A stretch of DNA of 64,000 nt, from IMG/VR virus record IMGVR_UViG_2531839402_000001. The stretch is one strand, 5' to 3'. The notes beneath the pieces were generated by a model. The model ran no database searches. It had not been told where the DNA came from and worked only from the letters and a program-made list of their open reading frames with translations. Shown here one piece after another: positions 29,536-38,218 of the stretch. How positions within the stretch are numbered: position 1 is the first letter of the stretch; each line of letters starts with the position of its first letter. A program made the translations under genes and the position numbers. Origin of the DNA: a virus (lineage: Duplodnaviria; Heunggongvirae; Uroviricota; Caudoviricetes).

Positions 29536-29544
29536 TTAGTGTTA

Positions 29545-29760
29545 TCAGTGGATTTTCTTCAGCAGACCCCAGAGTGTCCCGGCCTTCGTCGTGAGCTTAC
29601 CTGTTTCCGGATCGTACATGCGCCATTCGCGACGCTGGTGGACAATGACACCGTCCTCACGTTCCAGACGCTCCAGCACGCCGGTCTGCTTAAACCCTTT
29701 GGCACGCCAGTAGCCACTTGTTTTTTCGATTTCCAGACCTGCCAGTGTAACCGCCATCAA
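29545..29760 (-). CDS. Hypothetical small protein
   Basis: 71-aa ORF. Confidence 0.3.
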   Translation of the reverse strand: MMAVTLAGLEIEKTSGYWRAKGFKQTGVLERLEREDGVIVHQRREWRMYDPETGKLTTKAGTLWGLLKKIH

Positions 29761-30092
29761 CCAACCTCCTTGCAGTCATCGAAAAGGTAGCTGGCGTTCT
29801 TCGCGTGAACGCCGTAGACATCACCTGATTTGTTGTAAACGAACTTATCTTCACCCACGCCAGACAGTTTGCCGTTACGTTTGGTGAGATAGGGGGAAGA
29901 CAGGACGCGATCATCGCGAACAACATAAAACTGTTCGCCGCTGTCCACAACCATCGCGCCGTAGCTGGCTTTGACGACATTGCGGATCACGTCGTTTTTC
30001 ACTTCGGCCACTGACATCTCACACTCATAGACGTGCGTGTCCGCGTAGACAGGGAGGGAGAGCAGCGCCAGAGCCAGGGCTAGTTTCTTCAT
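29757..30092 (-). CDS. Secreted hypothetical protein
   Basis: N-terminal signal peptide MKKLALALALLSLPVYA. Confidence 0.45.
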   Translation of the reverse strand: MKKLALALALLSLPVYADTHVYECEMSVAEVKNDVIRNVVKASYGAMVVDSGEQFYVVRDDRVLSSPYLTKRNGKLSGVGEDKFVYNKSGDVYGVHAKNASYLFDDCKEVG

Positions 30093-30268
30093 GCCACGAC
30101 TCCTTTGATAACGCCGAATGCTGAGTCGAATACCAGCACTACGGCCAGCGCATTAACCATCGCGCCATTAACAGGCGCCAGCGCTTTACGGATTGCTCCG
30201 GTGAAGATGCAATCGAGCACAAAAGCTATCGAGACAATAAGTAATAAAGTGTCTAATACAGTTTTCAT
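30089..30268 (-). CDS. Small membrane protein (59 aa, below ORF-track cutoff)
   Basis: MKTVLDTLLLIVSIAFVLDCIFTG...; stop overlaps the ATG of the downstream gene (ATGA). A palindrome copy abuts the start codon. Confidence 0.3.
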   Translation of the reverse strand: MKTVLDTLLLIVSIAFVLDCIFTGAIRKALAPVNGAMVNALAVVLVFDSAFGVIKGVVA

Positions 30269-30310
30269 GATAGGTAGATACTAACTTATATATTTTTTTT
30301 GCTGTAAATA

Positions 30311-30586
30311 TCACTCAAAAGTGCTGATGCCTAAGATACGCTCAAGATGAGCCGCGTCTTCATCGCTTACCGGCATCGTGTCGTCGACGTACCAGCAACT
30401 ACCGTTGTGCCAACAAACACCGTCATCGTCGACATACACAGAATCTGCATCCATGCCAGTGTACTCAACGAGATTGCGCTCAATTGCCGCTTGAATTTCT
30501 TCATCGTTCAGCCCATCGCACTTGACCATGAATAGCGGGTAAACGTCATAGTCGGTGCTGGCTGAAATTCGAACCAAAATCTTCAT
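30311..30586 (-). CDS. Hypothetical protein
   Basis: Start MKILVRI chosen for its AAGGAG RBS. Confidence 0.4.
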   Translation of the reverse strand: MKILVRISASTDYDVYPLFMVKCDGLNDEEIQAAIERNLVEYTGMDADSVYVDDDGVCWHNGSCWYVDDTMPVSDEDAAHLERILGISTFE

Positions 30587-30654
30587 GTGTCTTCTCCTTG
30601 TTGGTAAGTACTTATTTATATTAATGTGCGCCATGCGGCGCACAATCATTGTGT

Positions 30655-31065
30655 TCAGGCTGGTGGAAAGAACTTCTCCAGGGTGCGGTCGACAGCTTTA
30701 TCGATGTGCATCAGATGCCAGACGACCATATCTTTACTTCCCATACCGCGGGTGTAGATCACGTCGAACTTACGCCAGGCGGCGTGAAACCAGTGCGGTG
30801 TATCATCAACCGGCAGATTCTCTCCAGCCTCCTTGAAGTACTTGAGCAGCATGGCCTGTTCAGCGGTGGGCGTCGGGCCAATCTCTTCCGCGTACATTCT
30901 GATGAAACGCTGCCAGTCGGCTTCATCTTCTGAAGGTTCCGGTGCGTTCATCTCTGCAATCGCCTCACGCAGCTGCGTCGCCCATTCTGGCTCCGGGAAG
31001 CCCTGGGCAATTTCGGTATCCACTACATCCAGCGCAGCGTTGGCCGCGTCATACAGTTTCTTCAC
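30655..31065 (-). CDS. Hypothetical protein
   Basis: 136-aa ORF. Confidence 0.4.
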   Translation of the reverse strand: MKKLYDAANAALDVVDTEIAQGFPEPEWATQLREAIAEMNAPEPSEDEADWQRFIRMYAEEIGPTPTAEQAMLLKYFKEAGENLPVDDTPHWFHAAWRKFDVIYTRGMGSKDMVVWHLMHIDKAVDRTLEKFFPPA

Positions 31066-31420
31066 GCTTTTTCTCCTGCATTAAAAGGAACACGGTCATT
31101 GCCGCTCTGAAAGGGTTAGGGTTCTGGATCAGATGTTGTGGCGTTGAGCTATCCACCTTTCTGTGGGCCGCTCTCCACTCGCCAGGCTGTCTGGCGGGGA
31201 TTACGCCGATTCTGTGTCGATAAATAATGTCCCACGCATCTTCCGGATCGTTACACCAGTCGAAGGTTCCGGCTCCGTTCGGGCCGATGGCGACCACTGC
31301 TGTGTAATCGCCTTCCTGTGAGCCTTTCCAGCCATATTGTGAGATAAGCGGTCGATGGCCGGTGGCTTCCGCGACCAGGCAGTTAATCTCAAAGTCCGTC
31401 ATCTCGCTGTAATTTTTCAT
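31049..31420 (-). CDS. Hypothetical phage protein
   Basis: ORF starting MKNYSEMTDFEIN. Confidence 0.4.
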   Translation of the reverse strand: MKNYSEMTDFEINCLVAEATGHRPLISQYGWKGSQEGDYTAVVAIGPNGAGTFDWCNDPEDAWDIIYRHRIGVIPARQPGEWRAAHRKVDSSTPQHLIQNPNPFRAAMTVFLLMQEKKREETV

Positions 31421-31582
31421 TCCCGATCTCCTTCTCATCCGTTGCCGAACAACTATGTGGCGTTGTCACTTTGTACTTCTACGGATGCTAATTCCGTATT
31501 AGTAACCAATTTGTTTTCTTGTTGGTGATAATACGGAAATAAAAAAGGCGTCCAAGTGGACGCCGTATCTTTGAAAAGGCTG

Positions 31583-32413
31583 TTACTTCAACGCGATAAA
31601 CGGAGTATTAGCCCCTTCAGTCATGTACTGAGGCAACTGGCCATTCCATTTGTTGATGGCTTCCAACTCCATGACGTTCGGGTTCTGACGTAATGCTTCA
31701 CCGCGCAACTTGATGGCATCAGCTTCTGCTTGAGCACGCTTGCGGATAGCGTCGGCTTCACCTTCGGCTTGTTCACGCAGCATGTTCGCTTCTGCCTTGC
31801 GCTGCTCAACTTCCTGCTGGCGCTGGAGCGTTTTCTGGTTCGCGGTCACTTTGGCATTGATAGATTCGATGACAGTGTCCGGGTAGTCTGGTTTGCCCAC
31901 CCATGACAGGCTAATAACCTCAATACCTACCGGTGACATTTCTGCCTGAATGTCTTTCAGCGCATTGTCGAGCAGAGACGCCTTGCCACCGTCGATGAAC
32001 GTGTCGGTAGTCATGCGGCTGGCCAGACGGTTCAGTGAGTCCGCAATCTTCTGGCGCAGATCAGTGTCGGTAATGTCATCAACACCTTTGCGATAGGTCT
32101 GGAATACGGTAGTTACTTTGTCGCGATTAACCAGATATGCCACACCAATTTTGTGGCCGATGGCTGTACCGTCGCTCATCTGGAATGTGAACGGCTCATC
32201 GTAGGTTTTCATCTGTTTGAAAGTGGGGAAGGTGTACAGCTCGGTATTCAGACCAGTCCACTGACGGCCAACGCCGACAACTTCACCGATACCTTTGTCT
32301 TCACCCAATTTGTTTACCTTAATGCCAACGTATCCCGGTTCCACGCGATCGCAGCCGGTCAGACCCATTGTGCAAATAGCAGCCAAAGCCACCGCCAGTA
32401 AACCTTTCTTCAT
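31583..32413 (-). CDS. SPFH/band-7 (prohibitin/HflC-like) lipoprotein
   Basis: Lipobox LTGC; SPFH core followed by charged coiled coil (QRQQEVEQRKAEANMLREQAEGEADAIRKRAQAEADAI). Confidence 0.7.
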   Translation of the reverse strand: MKKGLLAVALAAICTMGLTGCDRVEPGYVGIKVNKLGEDKGIGEVVGVGRQWTGLNTELYTFPTFKQMKTYDEPFTFQMSDGTAIGHKIGVAYLVNRDKVTTVFQTYRKGVDDITDTDLRQKIADSLNRLASRMTTDTFIDGGKASLLDNALKDIQAEMSPVGIEVISLSWVGKPDYPDTVIESINAKVTANQKTLQRQQEVEQRKAEANMLREQAEGEADAIRKRAQAEADAIKLRGEALRQNPNVMELEAINKWNGQLPQYMTEGANTPFIALK

Positions 32414-32416
32414 TAC

Positions 32417-32617
32417 TTACTTCTCCTTAGTTTTGTTGAGTGAGTTGATATACCTGCGGCCAGCTTTTAACAAGGCAACCGGGAAGACTACAGCGATGGC
32501 AAGTCCGATAAATAAGGCCAGATCGCTTTTAGCTGAGATAAGCGATGGAACCAGTAAACCGTAGATAAAGCAGACTGATATCACCGCTGAAACAGCCATG
32601 AGATAACCCTTGATCAT
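32417..32617 (-). CDS. Small two-TM membrane protein upstream of the SPFH gene
   Basis: 66 aa, two hydrophobic helices, AAGGAAA RBS. Confidence 0.45.
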   Translation of the reverse strand: MIKGYLMAVSAVISVCFIYGLLVPSLISAKSDLALFIGLAIAVVFPVALLKAGRRYINSLNKTKEK

Positions 32618-32707
32618 GTGTTTCCTTTTGTCGTTTTGGTGTAGAAATGATAAGTAAGTGCTTATATATTTTCAAGTATAAAAAGGCGTCCAACGGACGC
32701 CTTGTGA

Positions 32708-33784
32708 TTACGCTTCTTCTGTCTCTGCTGGGGACGACTCTTTCGCTCGCCGTTCGTCTATCGCCTGGAGTGCTGCGATGATTTCCGGGAGTGGCTTCTC
32801 GCGGTACATCTCGACGATCTGCGATTTGGTGTATTTCTTATCGCCAATTTCCACACGCCCGCTGGCGTTCTTGGGCAGGTATCCTTCCTCCAGCATGTAC
32901 TCAACCAGCGATTCGATGACGTCCAGCCCGCGAGTCGGGTCGAAGTAGAATTTCCATGAGCATTTGCCAAACGGAGGCGCGACTTTGTTTTTAATGCACT
33001 CGGCGCCAACGTCCTGTCCGATCTTCTCTTTGCCATCCTTCATAACGGATGCGCCCAGACGGATGCGCACCGACGCGTAGAACTTCGGAGAGTCGCCACC
33101 TGGAGACGTCGTCGGATCGCCAAACATCACGCCAATTTTGGTACGCACCTGGTTCAAGAAGATGATGCACGCGTTGTACTTACGCGCCCAAAGCGCCAGA
33201 GTAGGGAAGTTCGCACTCGTCGCGCGCGCCAGCGCCGTGTTGTCGTTCATGTTCAGCTGATCTTTGTCCTTCGCAGTGCCTTCTGCCATCTTGTCGAACT
33301 TCTCAGCCTTCGAGTTCGGAACCATCGACGCCAGAGAGTCGGCAACGATGCAGATAGGGGCTGTTTCCGGGATAAGCTCTTCGTCGCGCACCAGCTTGAG
33401 GATTGTGCCGATCAGCTCGACGGAGTCTTCGAAGGTATCCGGCTGTTTGTAGACCCACTGACCGTCGTCTTCGTCGGCGTTCAGTCCGTTCGCTACCGCC
33501 AGACCAACGTCGAAACTGTTTTCGTGGTCAAGGAATACGGCCAGACCATCCTGTTTCTGTGCTGACACCATTGCAGCCGTCGCCAAAAAGGTTTTACCGG
33601 CGCTTGGTGGCCCGAAGACTTCAACGATACGCCCACACGGAAAACCACCGTCGTAACGTCCGGAAATGGCTTTGTTCAGTGGAGGGAAACCGGAGTCAAT
33701 CCAGTGGGAGACCTTCTGGATCTCGTCATTGCTGCCGATTTTCTTTTTCAGCGCCAGTGCCAGTGCGGATTTGCCTTTTGCCAT
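32708..33784 (-). CDS. RecA/UvsX-like recombinase
   Basis: Walker A GPPSAGKTFLA in RecA-fold context; Walker B hhhhD (ICIVADS). Confidence 0.7.
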   Translation of the reverse strand: MAKGKSALALALKKKIGSNDEIQKVSHWIDSGFPPLNKAISGRYDGGFPCGRIVEVFGPPSAGKTFLATAAMVSAQKQDGLAVFLDHENSFDVGLAVANGLNADEDDGQWVYKQPDTFEDSVELIGTILKLVRDEELIPETAPICIVADSLASMVPNSKAEKFDKMAEGTAKDKDQLNMNDNTALARATSANFPTLALWARKYNACIIFLNQVRTKIGVMFGDPTTSPGGDSPKFYASVRIRLGASVMKDGKEKIGQDVGAECIKNKVAPPFGKCSWKFYFDPTRGLDVIESLVEYMLEEGYLPKNASGRVEIGDKKYTKSQIVEMYREKPLPEIIAALQAIDERRAKESSPAETEEA

Positions 33785-33786
33785 GA

Positions 33787-34053
33787 TTAGGCTCCTTTTG
33801 ATTCGTTGATTCGCTTCGAAGCAGCGGCTTCGTCAAACTTGATTGCGTCGTGGTTCAGGTGTTTGGCGACGCGAGCGATGATCTTCACGACCTGCTCGCT
33901 GACCAGCGCGAACTCACGCTCAGTAGCAGAAATGCCAGCAGCGCCCAGAATGTTCGGCAGCGCCACCACAGCGTGCTCGCCGTGGCAGAAGACAATCTCT
34001 TTAGCCAGCATGGTTGGCGTAGTTGCCCCGCCATTAATGATGGATTTCAGCAT
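33787..34053 (-). CDS. Hypothetical protein
   Basis: 88-aa ORF. Confidence 0.35.
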   Translation of the reverse strand: MLKSIINGGATTPTMLAKEIVFCHGEHAVVALPNILGAAGISATEREFALVSEQVVKIIARVAKHLNHDAIKFDEAAASKRINESKGA

Positions 34054-34997
34054 CAGCAGTACCTCTCAAATGGCAGAACAAACACTTCCAGATCTTCCAG
34101 AAACGACCGGAAATTCAGCTCGTAACACATCTGTTCGAAGGCATTCATGTCGCGTGCGCCTTTAATCGACTCGATTTCGCTGGGTGGGAATTTTGTGTCG
34201 ATAAGGTTCATCAGCATCATGTTGCGCTTAAAGGCTTCGAGCATCCGGCAGTCCGTCTTCTCGTTGAAGGCGTTCTTTGCCAGCTTGTTGAATGCCGTCT
34301 TATAGCGACCTTTGTTGATGACAATGGAGCCGTCGTTAATGCCGCGTACCATTGCGGCCACGCTTCCCCATTCATGAAGCAGCTCTTTCGCGCCACCATC
34401 ACCAATGCCGCCGACGCCTTTGATGTTGTCCGAGTTATCGCCCTGCAACGCTTTCGCTTCCAGAAACGCGCGTGGTGTTGGCAGACCTGTCAGCTCTGCG
34501 AACTGTTCGAAGTTCACCTGCTTGTGCTTGGCATCTTCACGCAGGCTTACCCAGCTCACATTCTCGCGAACCAGCTGGAGCCAGTCGCCATCGCCAGTCA
34601 GCAGGTAGATGTGATCGACGGTCGGCTGCGGAGCCAGGCGAGAGACCAGCATTCCAGCCAGGTCGTCCGCTTCTGCGTCCTTTGCAATGAGTTGGTTAAC
34701 GCCCAGCGCGGTCATCATTTTCAAGATGTACGGCTTCTGGATGGCAAAGCCTTCTTTCATCTTCTTCATATCCGGGTCGTCATCGCGATTCGCTTTGTAC
34801 TCCGGGTAGAAGTCGCGACGTTTGTCGCTGAATCCATCCCACAAGATCATTGGGCGGGCATGGAGAATTGAGGCGTAACGACGAACGTTCTTCACGAAGC
34901 CAAAAGCCGCCTGAACTTCCATCTCGCCGTTGTGTAATTTGTCGGATTGCTGGTGGTAATAGCCCAGGCTGTTACCGTCCACAAAGAGATAATTCAC
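34053..34997 (-). CDS. 5'-3' exonuclease / flap endonuclease (Pol I N-terminal-like, T5 D15-like)
   Basis: LFVDGNSLGYY, acidic-cluster motifs (AEADDLAG, LLTGDGDWLQL), H3TH region. GTG start with GGAAGGAG RBS at 34997 preferred over the longer track ORF. Confidence 0.75.
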   Translation of the reverse strand: MNYLFVDGNSLGYYHQQSDKLHNGEMEVQAAFGFVKNVRRYASILHARPMILWDGFSDKRRDFYPEYKANRDDDPDMKKMKEGFAIQKPYILKMMTALGVNQLIAKDAEADDLAGMLVSRLAPQPTVDHIYLLTGDGDWLQLVRENVSWVSLREDAKHKQVNFEQFAELTGLPTPRAFLEAKALQGDNSDNIKGVGGIGDGGAKELLHEWGSVAAMVRGINDGSIVINKGRYKTAFNKLAKNAFNEKTDCRMLEAFKRNMMLMNLIDTKFPPSEIESIKGARDMNAFEQMCYELNFRSFLEDLEVFVLPFERYC

Positions 34998-35057
34998 CGG
35001 TACACTCCTTCCAAAAAGTAAGGCGTCCGTAGACGCCTTACTGGTCACGTTATGGGA

Positions 35058-36086
35058 TTACAGAGCGTCCAGTTCAGCCAGCAGGTCGTCGAGACCTTCG
35101 TCAGCTGGTGCAGATGCAGCGGCAGCAGATGCTGAAGCACTTGCAGCTGCGGCGGCTTCCGGAGCTTTAACTTCTTCCGGTTTAGTTTCCGGCTTGAACT
35201 CAGCTTCAGCGGCACGCAGGATCTCTTCATCAACCAGGCTGGTGGACTCTGGAGCCGGAGTGTGTGCTGTAGCGACAGCAGCTGCACCTTCCGTATGACC
35301 AGTGATAGAGCCAAAGCCTGGCAGTTCAGCAGCAGCTGATTTTGCAGCGGAAGAAATGGCCGGAGAGGACATTGTTGCTGCCGGAGCCGCGATACCAATC
35401 AGACGACCCATAGTGCGAGCCGTAGACAGCAGACGGGTTTCGTCAGCCTGGTTCGCGTATGCGATCAGATCGTGTTGGGTAGTCCAGAGCTTCTCAGGAA
35501 TGTCGCCTTTGTAGACTTTACGTTTCGGGGATACGTCGTACTTGGTGTCACGACCGGAACCGGTACGCTTAATCAGGAACGCATAGCCTTCTTCTTTGCT
35601 CAGTGGGTTGCCGATATCATCCGCAATATCTTCGGACATCACTTTGCAGATATCGTCGAAGACCGTAGACGGCAGCTCAATCAGCTGGCATTTCTCTGCG
35701 TCCGCAAAGTCTTCACGCGCAGACAGAACACCGTTGACCAGATAACGCGGTGTAGCACGCATACTGTTAATGCGCTCTTCCATCGCTTTGTTGCCCTTAA
35801 AGCGAGCACGACCTTCCATAACCATCTCACACAGCTGGCAAGCGTGGCCGTGGGTGTGCTGTTCGCAGATGTAGGCGGTGGTTACATCTTTGCCTTCCTC
35901 ATTCTGATGCTTAACGTAGTGCATACCGAAAGTCTGGAAGAACACGCCATTCGGGTCGTCCTTGTTCGGAAAAATGCGCAGATAGTTATTGCCGTCTTTC
36001 AGACGGGTCAAATCAACGTTATTGCCACGTTTAGAAGCAATATCGCCACGGGTCTTGTTAAGCAGATCAAGTAATGACTTAGACAT
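35058..36086 (-). CDS. Putative gp32-like single-stranded DNA-binding protein
   Basis: Zn-binding-like cluster (CEQHTHGHACQLC), Ala/Pro-rich linker and acidic C-terminal tail (DEGLDDLLAELDAL) typical of SSB partner-binding tails. Confidence 0.45.
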   Translation of the reverse strand: MSKSLLDLLNKTRGDIASKRGNNVDLTRLKDGNNYLRIFPNKDDPNGVFFQTFGMHYVKHQNEEGKDVTTAYICEQHTHGHACQLCEMVMEGRARFKGNKAMEERINSMRATPRYLVNGVLSAREDFADAEKCQLIELPSTVFDDICKVMSEDIADDIGNPLSKEEGYAFLIKRTGSGRDTKYDVSPKRKVYKGDIPEKLWTTQHDLIAYANQADETRLLSTARTMGRLIGIAAPAATMSSPAISSAAKSAAAELPGFGSITGHTEGAAAVATAHTPAPESTSLVDEEILRAAEAEFKPETKPEEVKAPEAAAAASASASAAAASAPADEGLDDLLAELDAL

Positions 36087-36205
36087 GTATTTCTCCTTGT
36101 TGTGATTGTGGCCATTGGCGCTATGCGCGTTGGGCGTTCGTTTATTCGTGGCTCTTTCGAGCGAGAAGAATGATAGATCAGTACTTACTTACGATCTAGC
36201 ATAAA

Positions 36206-36637
36206 TTAACGGGGAGAGTGGAAACGTTCGGCGCCCAAACGTTCAATCTCCACGATAGCCATTTTGGACGCCTGGACAATCATGTCGCGGCGGTGAGAGA
36301 AGGCGGCTACAGCGTGCTTGTACAGATCTGCAATGTGCCGGGCATCGTCGAGTTTCTGGCGCTTTGCGAGGTATTGCGGGTTGGTTCTTACCTTCGCCTC
36401 CAGCACGGATTCATTGAACTTAATACCGTTCATACTCAGGTTCTTACGCTCATTGTCGTAGATTTTCGCCTCAATCGCATCGAGGGAGAGTTTTGCATCT
36501 GCGACTTCGCGTTCTGCCCGCGCCAGCTTAGAGCCGTACTCCATTAACAGGCGCGGTTGCTGACGCCAGACTTCCTCAAGATTGTCGCGGTCGAACTCCA
36601 GATCGGACATGATTTTTTCGTAGATATCTGCACTCAT
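36206..36637 (-). CDS. Hypothetical protein
   Basis: ORF from MSADIYEK. Confidence 0.4.
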   Translation of the reverse strand: MSADIYEKIMSDLEFDRDNLEEVWRQQPRLLMEYGSKLARAEREVADAKLSLDAIEAKIYDNERKNLSMNGIKFNESVLEAKVRTNPQYLAKRQKLDDARHIADLYKHAVAAFSHRRDMIVQASKMAIVEIERLGAERFHSPR

Positions 36638-36857
36638 TTTGATAGGTTCCAGCTTATTTCTATATATAAATTTTATCATGAAAGAAATGAAGGATGGAGC
36701 TTATAGAAGGAAGAAGTTAGGGGGTAGGGTAGGTAAGTTGATGAAAACAGGGAGTGTTCTGATAATCTATAGCCGTTTTCTGCGGCCGTAGACGTCAGAA
36801 AATAGACAGTGTTGACACGCGCTCACACTATACCTATCATAATGACATCGGAGGAAA

Positions 36858-37109
36858 ATGAAATCACATCCGAATAAGCATATTCAAGAGGCCATTGAAT
36901 ACGCGTTGAGTAAAGGCTGGGTTTGGGTTCCAGCAGGTAAGTCAGCACATTGCTTCTGCAAGCTGCGCTGCGGCGATAAATCAGGTGAACATACAAGTCA
37001 CCACAGAAGTGTATGGTCGACTCCAGATGTACCGGAGCACCATGCCACGCAAATCAGGCAAGCGGTCGACCAGTGTGGCCGTATCAAAAGCCAGATGAGC
37101 AAAAAATAG
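36858..37109 (+). CDS. HicA-like small protein (putative toxin)
   Basis: Pattern KGWVWVPAGKSAHCFCKLR...SVWSTPDVPEHHATQIRQAV resembles the HicA G-W...G-S-H...KL...SV-xP-H...IR motif order. Weak. Confidence 0.35.
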   Translation: MKSHPNKHIQEAIEYALSKGWVWVPAGKSAHCFCKLRCGDKSGEHTSHHRSVWSTPDVPEHHATQIRQAVDQCGRIKSQMSKK

Positions 37110-37181
37110 TAGTTAGTGGCGGTTTTGGCCGCCATTTGTCCCAAAGGTACATTAATACTTCACTTTAGATAAAGAGGTTTT

Positions 37182-37745
37182 ATGGCGCTTTATAACTTCA
37201 CTCTGACTCTCTCAGGCGTAACCTATGAGACCGAAGGATTGGAAGATGCGCTGTACGAAAGCGGCTGTGGCGATGCGATTGTTTGCGCATATGGAAACTC
37301 CGTCTATGTTGAGTTCGACCGCGAAGCCGAATCGCTGGATGCAGCCATTGCATCAGCGGTCGACAATATCGAATCTGCCGGTATCGGCGCGATTGTAGAA
37401 TCAGTCGACTCGGCCTTAGTTGGCCTGAGCGATGTAGCTGAAATGACGGGCATGTCCCGACAAGCAATTACCATGCTTAAAGATGGGCTTCGTGGTGGTG
37501 GCGACTTCCCTTGCCCTATCCAGAGAATCCAGGGACAGTCCCCGCTGTGGGATTGGGCTGATGTGGCTAACTGGCTTGAAGCCAATGGACGCCTTAAAGA
37601 AAACGCAGAGCTGGCACACAATGCTCGCGTATTAAGTAAGTGGAATTTGGCCCTTCGCAATAGCGTCTCAAAAGACTTTGTTGAGATTGAACATATCGCT
37701 TCTTCACTTATCGCACGTCGACGTCATCACGCCGAATGCGCATGA
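37182..37745 (+). CDS. Putative antitoxin/regulator: N-terminal HicB-like domain plus C-terminal AlpA/MerR-type HTH
   Basis: C-terminal LSDVAEMTGMSRQAITML...WDWADVANWLEANG is a typical AlpA/excisionase-type HTH. N-terminal ~100 aa are small and acidic. Confidence 0.4.
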   Translation: MALYNFTLTLSGVTYETEGLEDALYESGCGDAIVCAYGNSVYVEFDREAESLDAAIASAVDNIESAGIGAIVESVDSALVGLSDVAEMTGMSRQAITMLKDGLRGGGDFPCPIQRIQGQSPLWDWADVANWLEANGRLKENAELAHNARVLSKWNLALRNSVSKDFVEIEHIASSLIARRRHHAECA

Positions 37746-37772
37746 AAAAACCCGCCAATCGGCGGGTTTTTG
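37745..37772. terminator. Bidirectional rho-independent terminator
   Basis: aaaaaacccgccaatcggcgggttttt: GC stem flanked by A6 and T5. Confidence 0.65.
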
Positions 37773-37774
37773 CT

Positions 37775-38218
37775 TTATGCGACTTTCTTACCAAAAATGT
37801 TGGATAACGTGACTCTGGTCTGGCGTTTCAGCCTGTACTGTCTCACATCACCAATCTTGTTCACTTCCATAAACTCTTTGGCCACCTTCAGCACCAGCCG
37901 ATTGCGGAACACTTTGAACGCCTCCAGCTGTTCCGCTGGGTTATCCGATTCGTAAATCTCCAGCAGATACTGGCACGCCTTCGGATCTTGCGTTTTAAGC
38001 GCCAGCGCTCTGGCACATTTACGCAGACGACTGACTTTATCGGCGCCATCCAGCCCGGCGAACGCCAGCGCCAGATCTAACGTGACCGGGCAGTCGATGA
38101 TTTCCCAGAACTGCGACCGCATGGTGGCCGCAACTGCTTTATCCTGAAAATCCGCTGGGATAGCCGCCAGCGCTTGTGCAATCTTCTGTGCCTCGTTCAT
38201 GGTGTTCTCTTTATTCAT
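37775..38218 (-). CDS. Hypothetical protein
   Basis: 147-aa ORF overlapping the dnaE stop by 4 nt. Confidence 0.45.
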   Translation of the reverse strand: MNKENTMNEAQKIAQALAAIPADFQDKAVAATMRSQFWEIIDCPVTLDLALAFAGLDGADKVSRLRKCARALALKTQDPKACQYLLEIYESDNPAEQLEAFKVFRNRLVLKVAKEFMEVNKIGDVRQYRLKRQTRVTLSNIFGKKVA

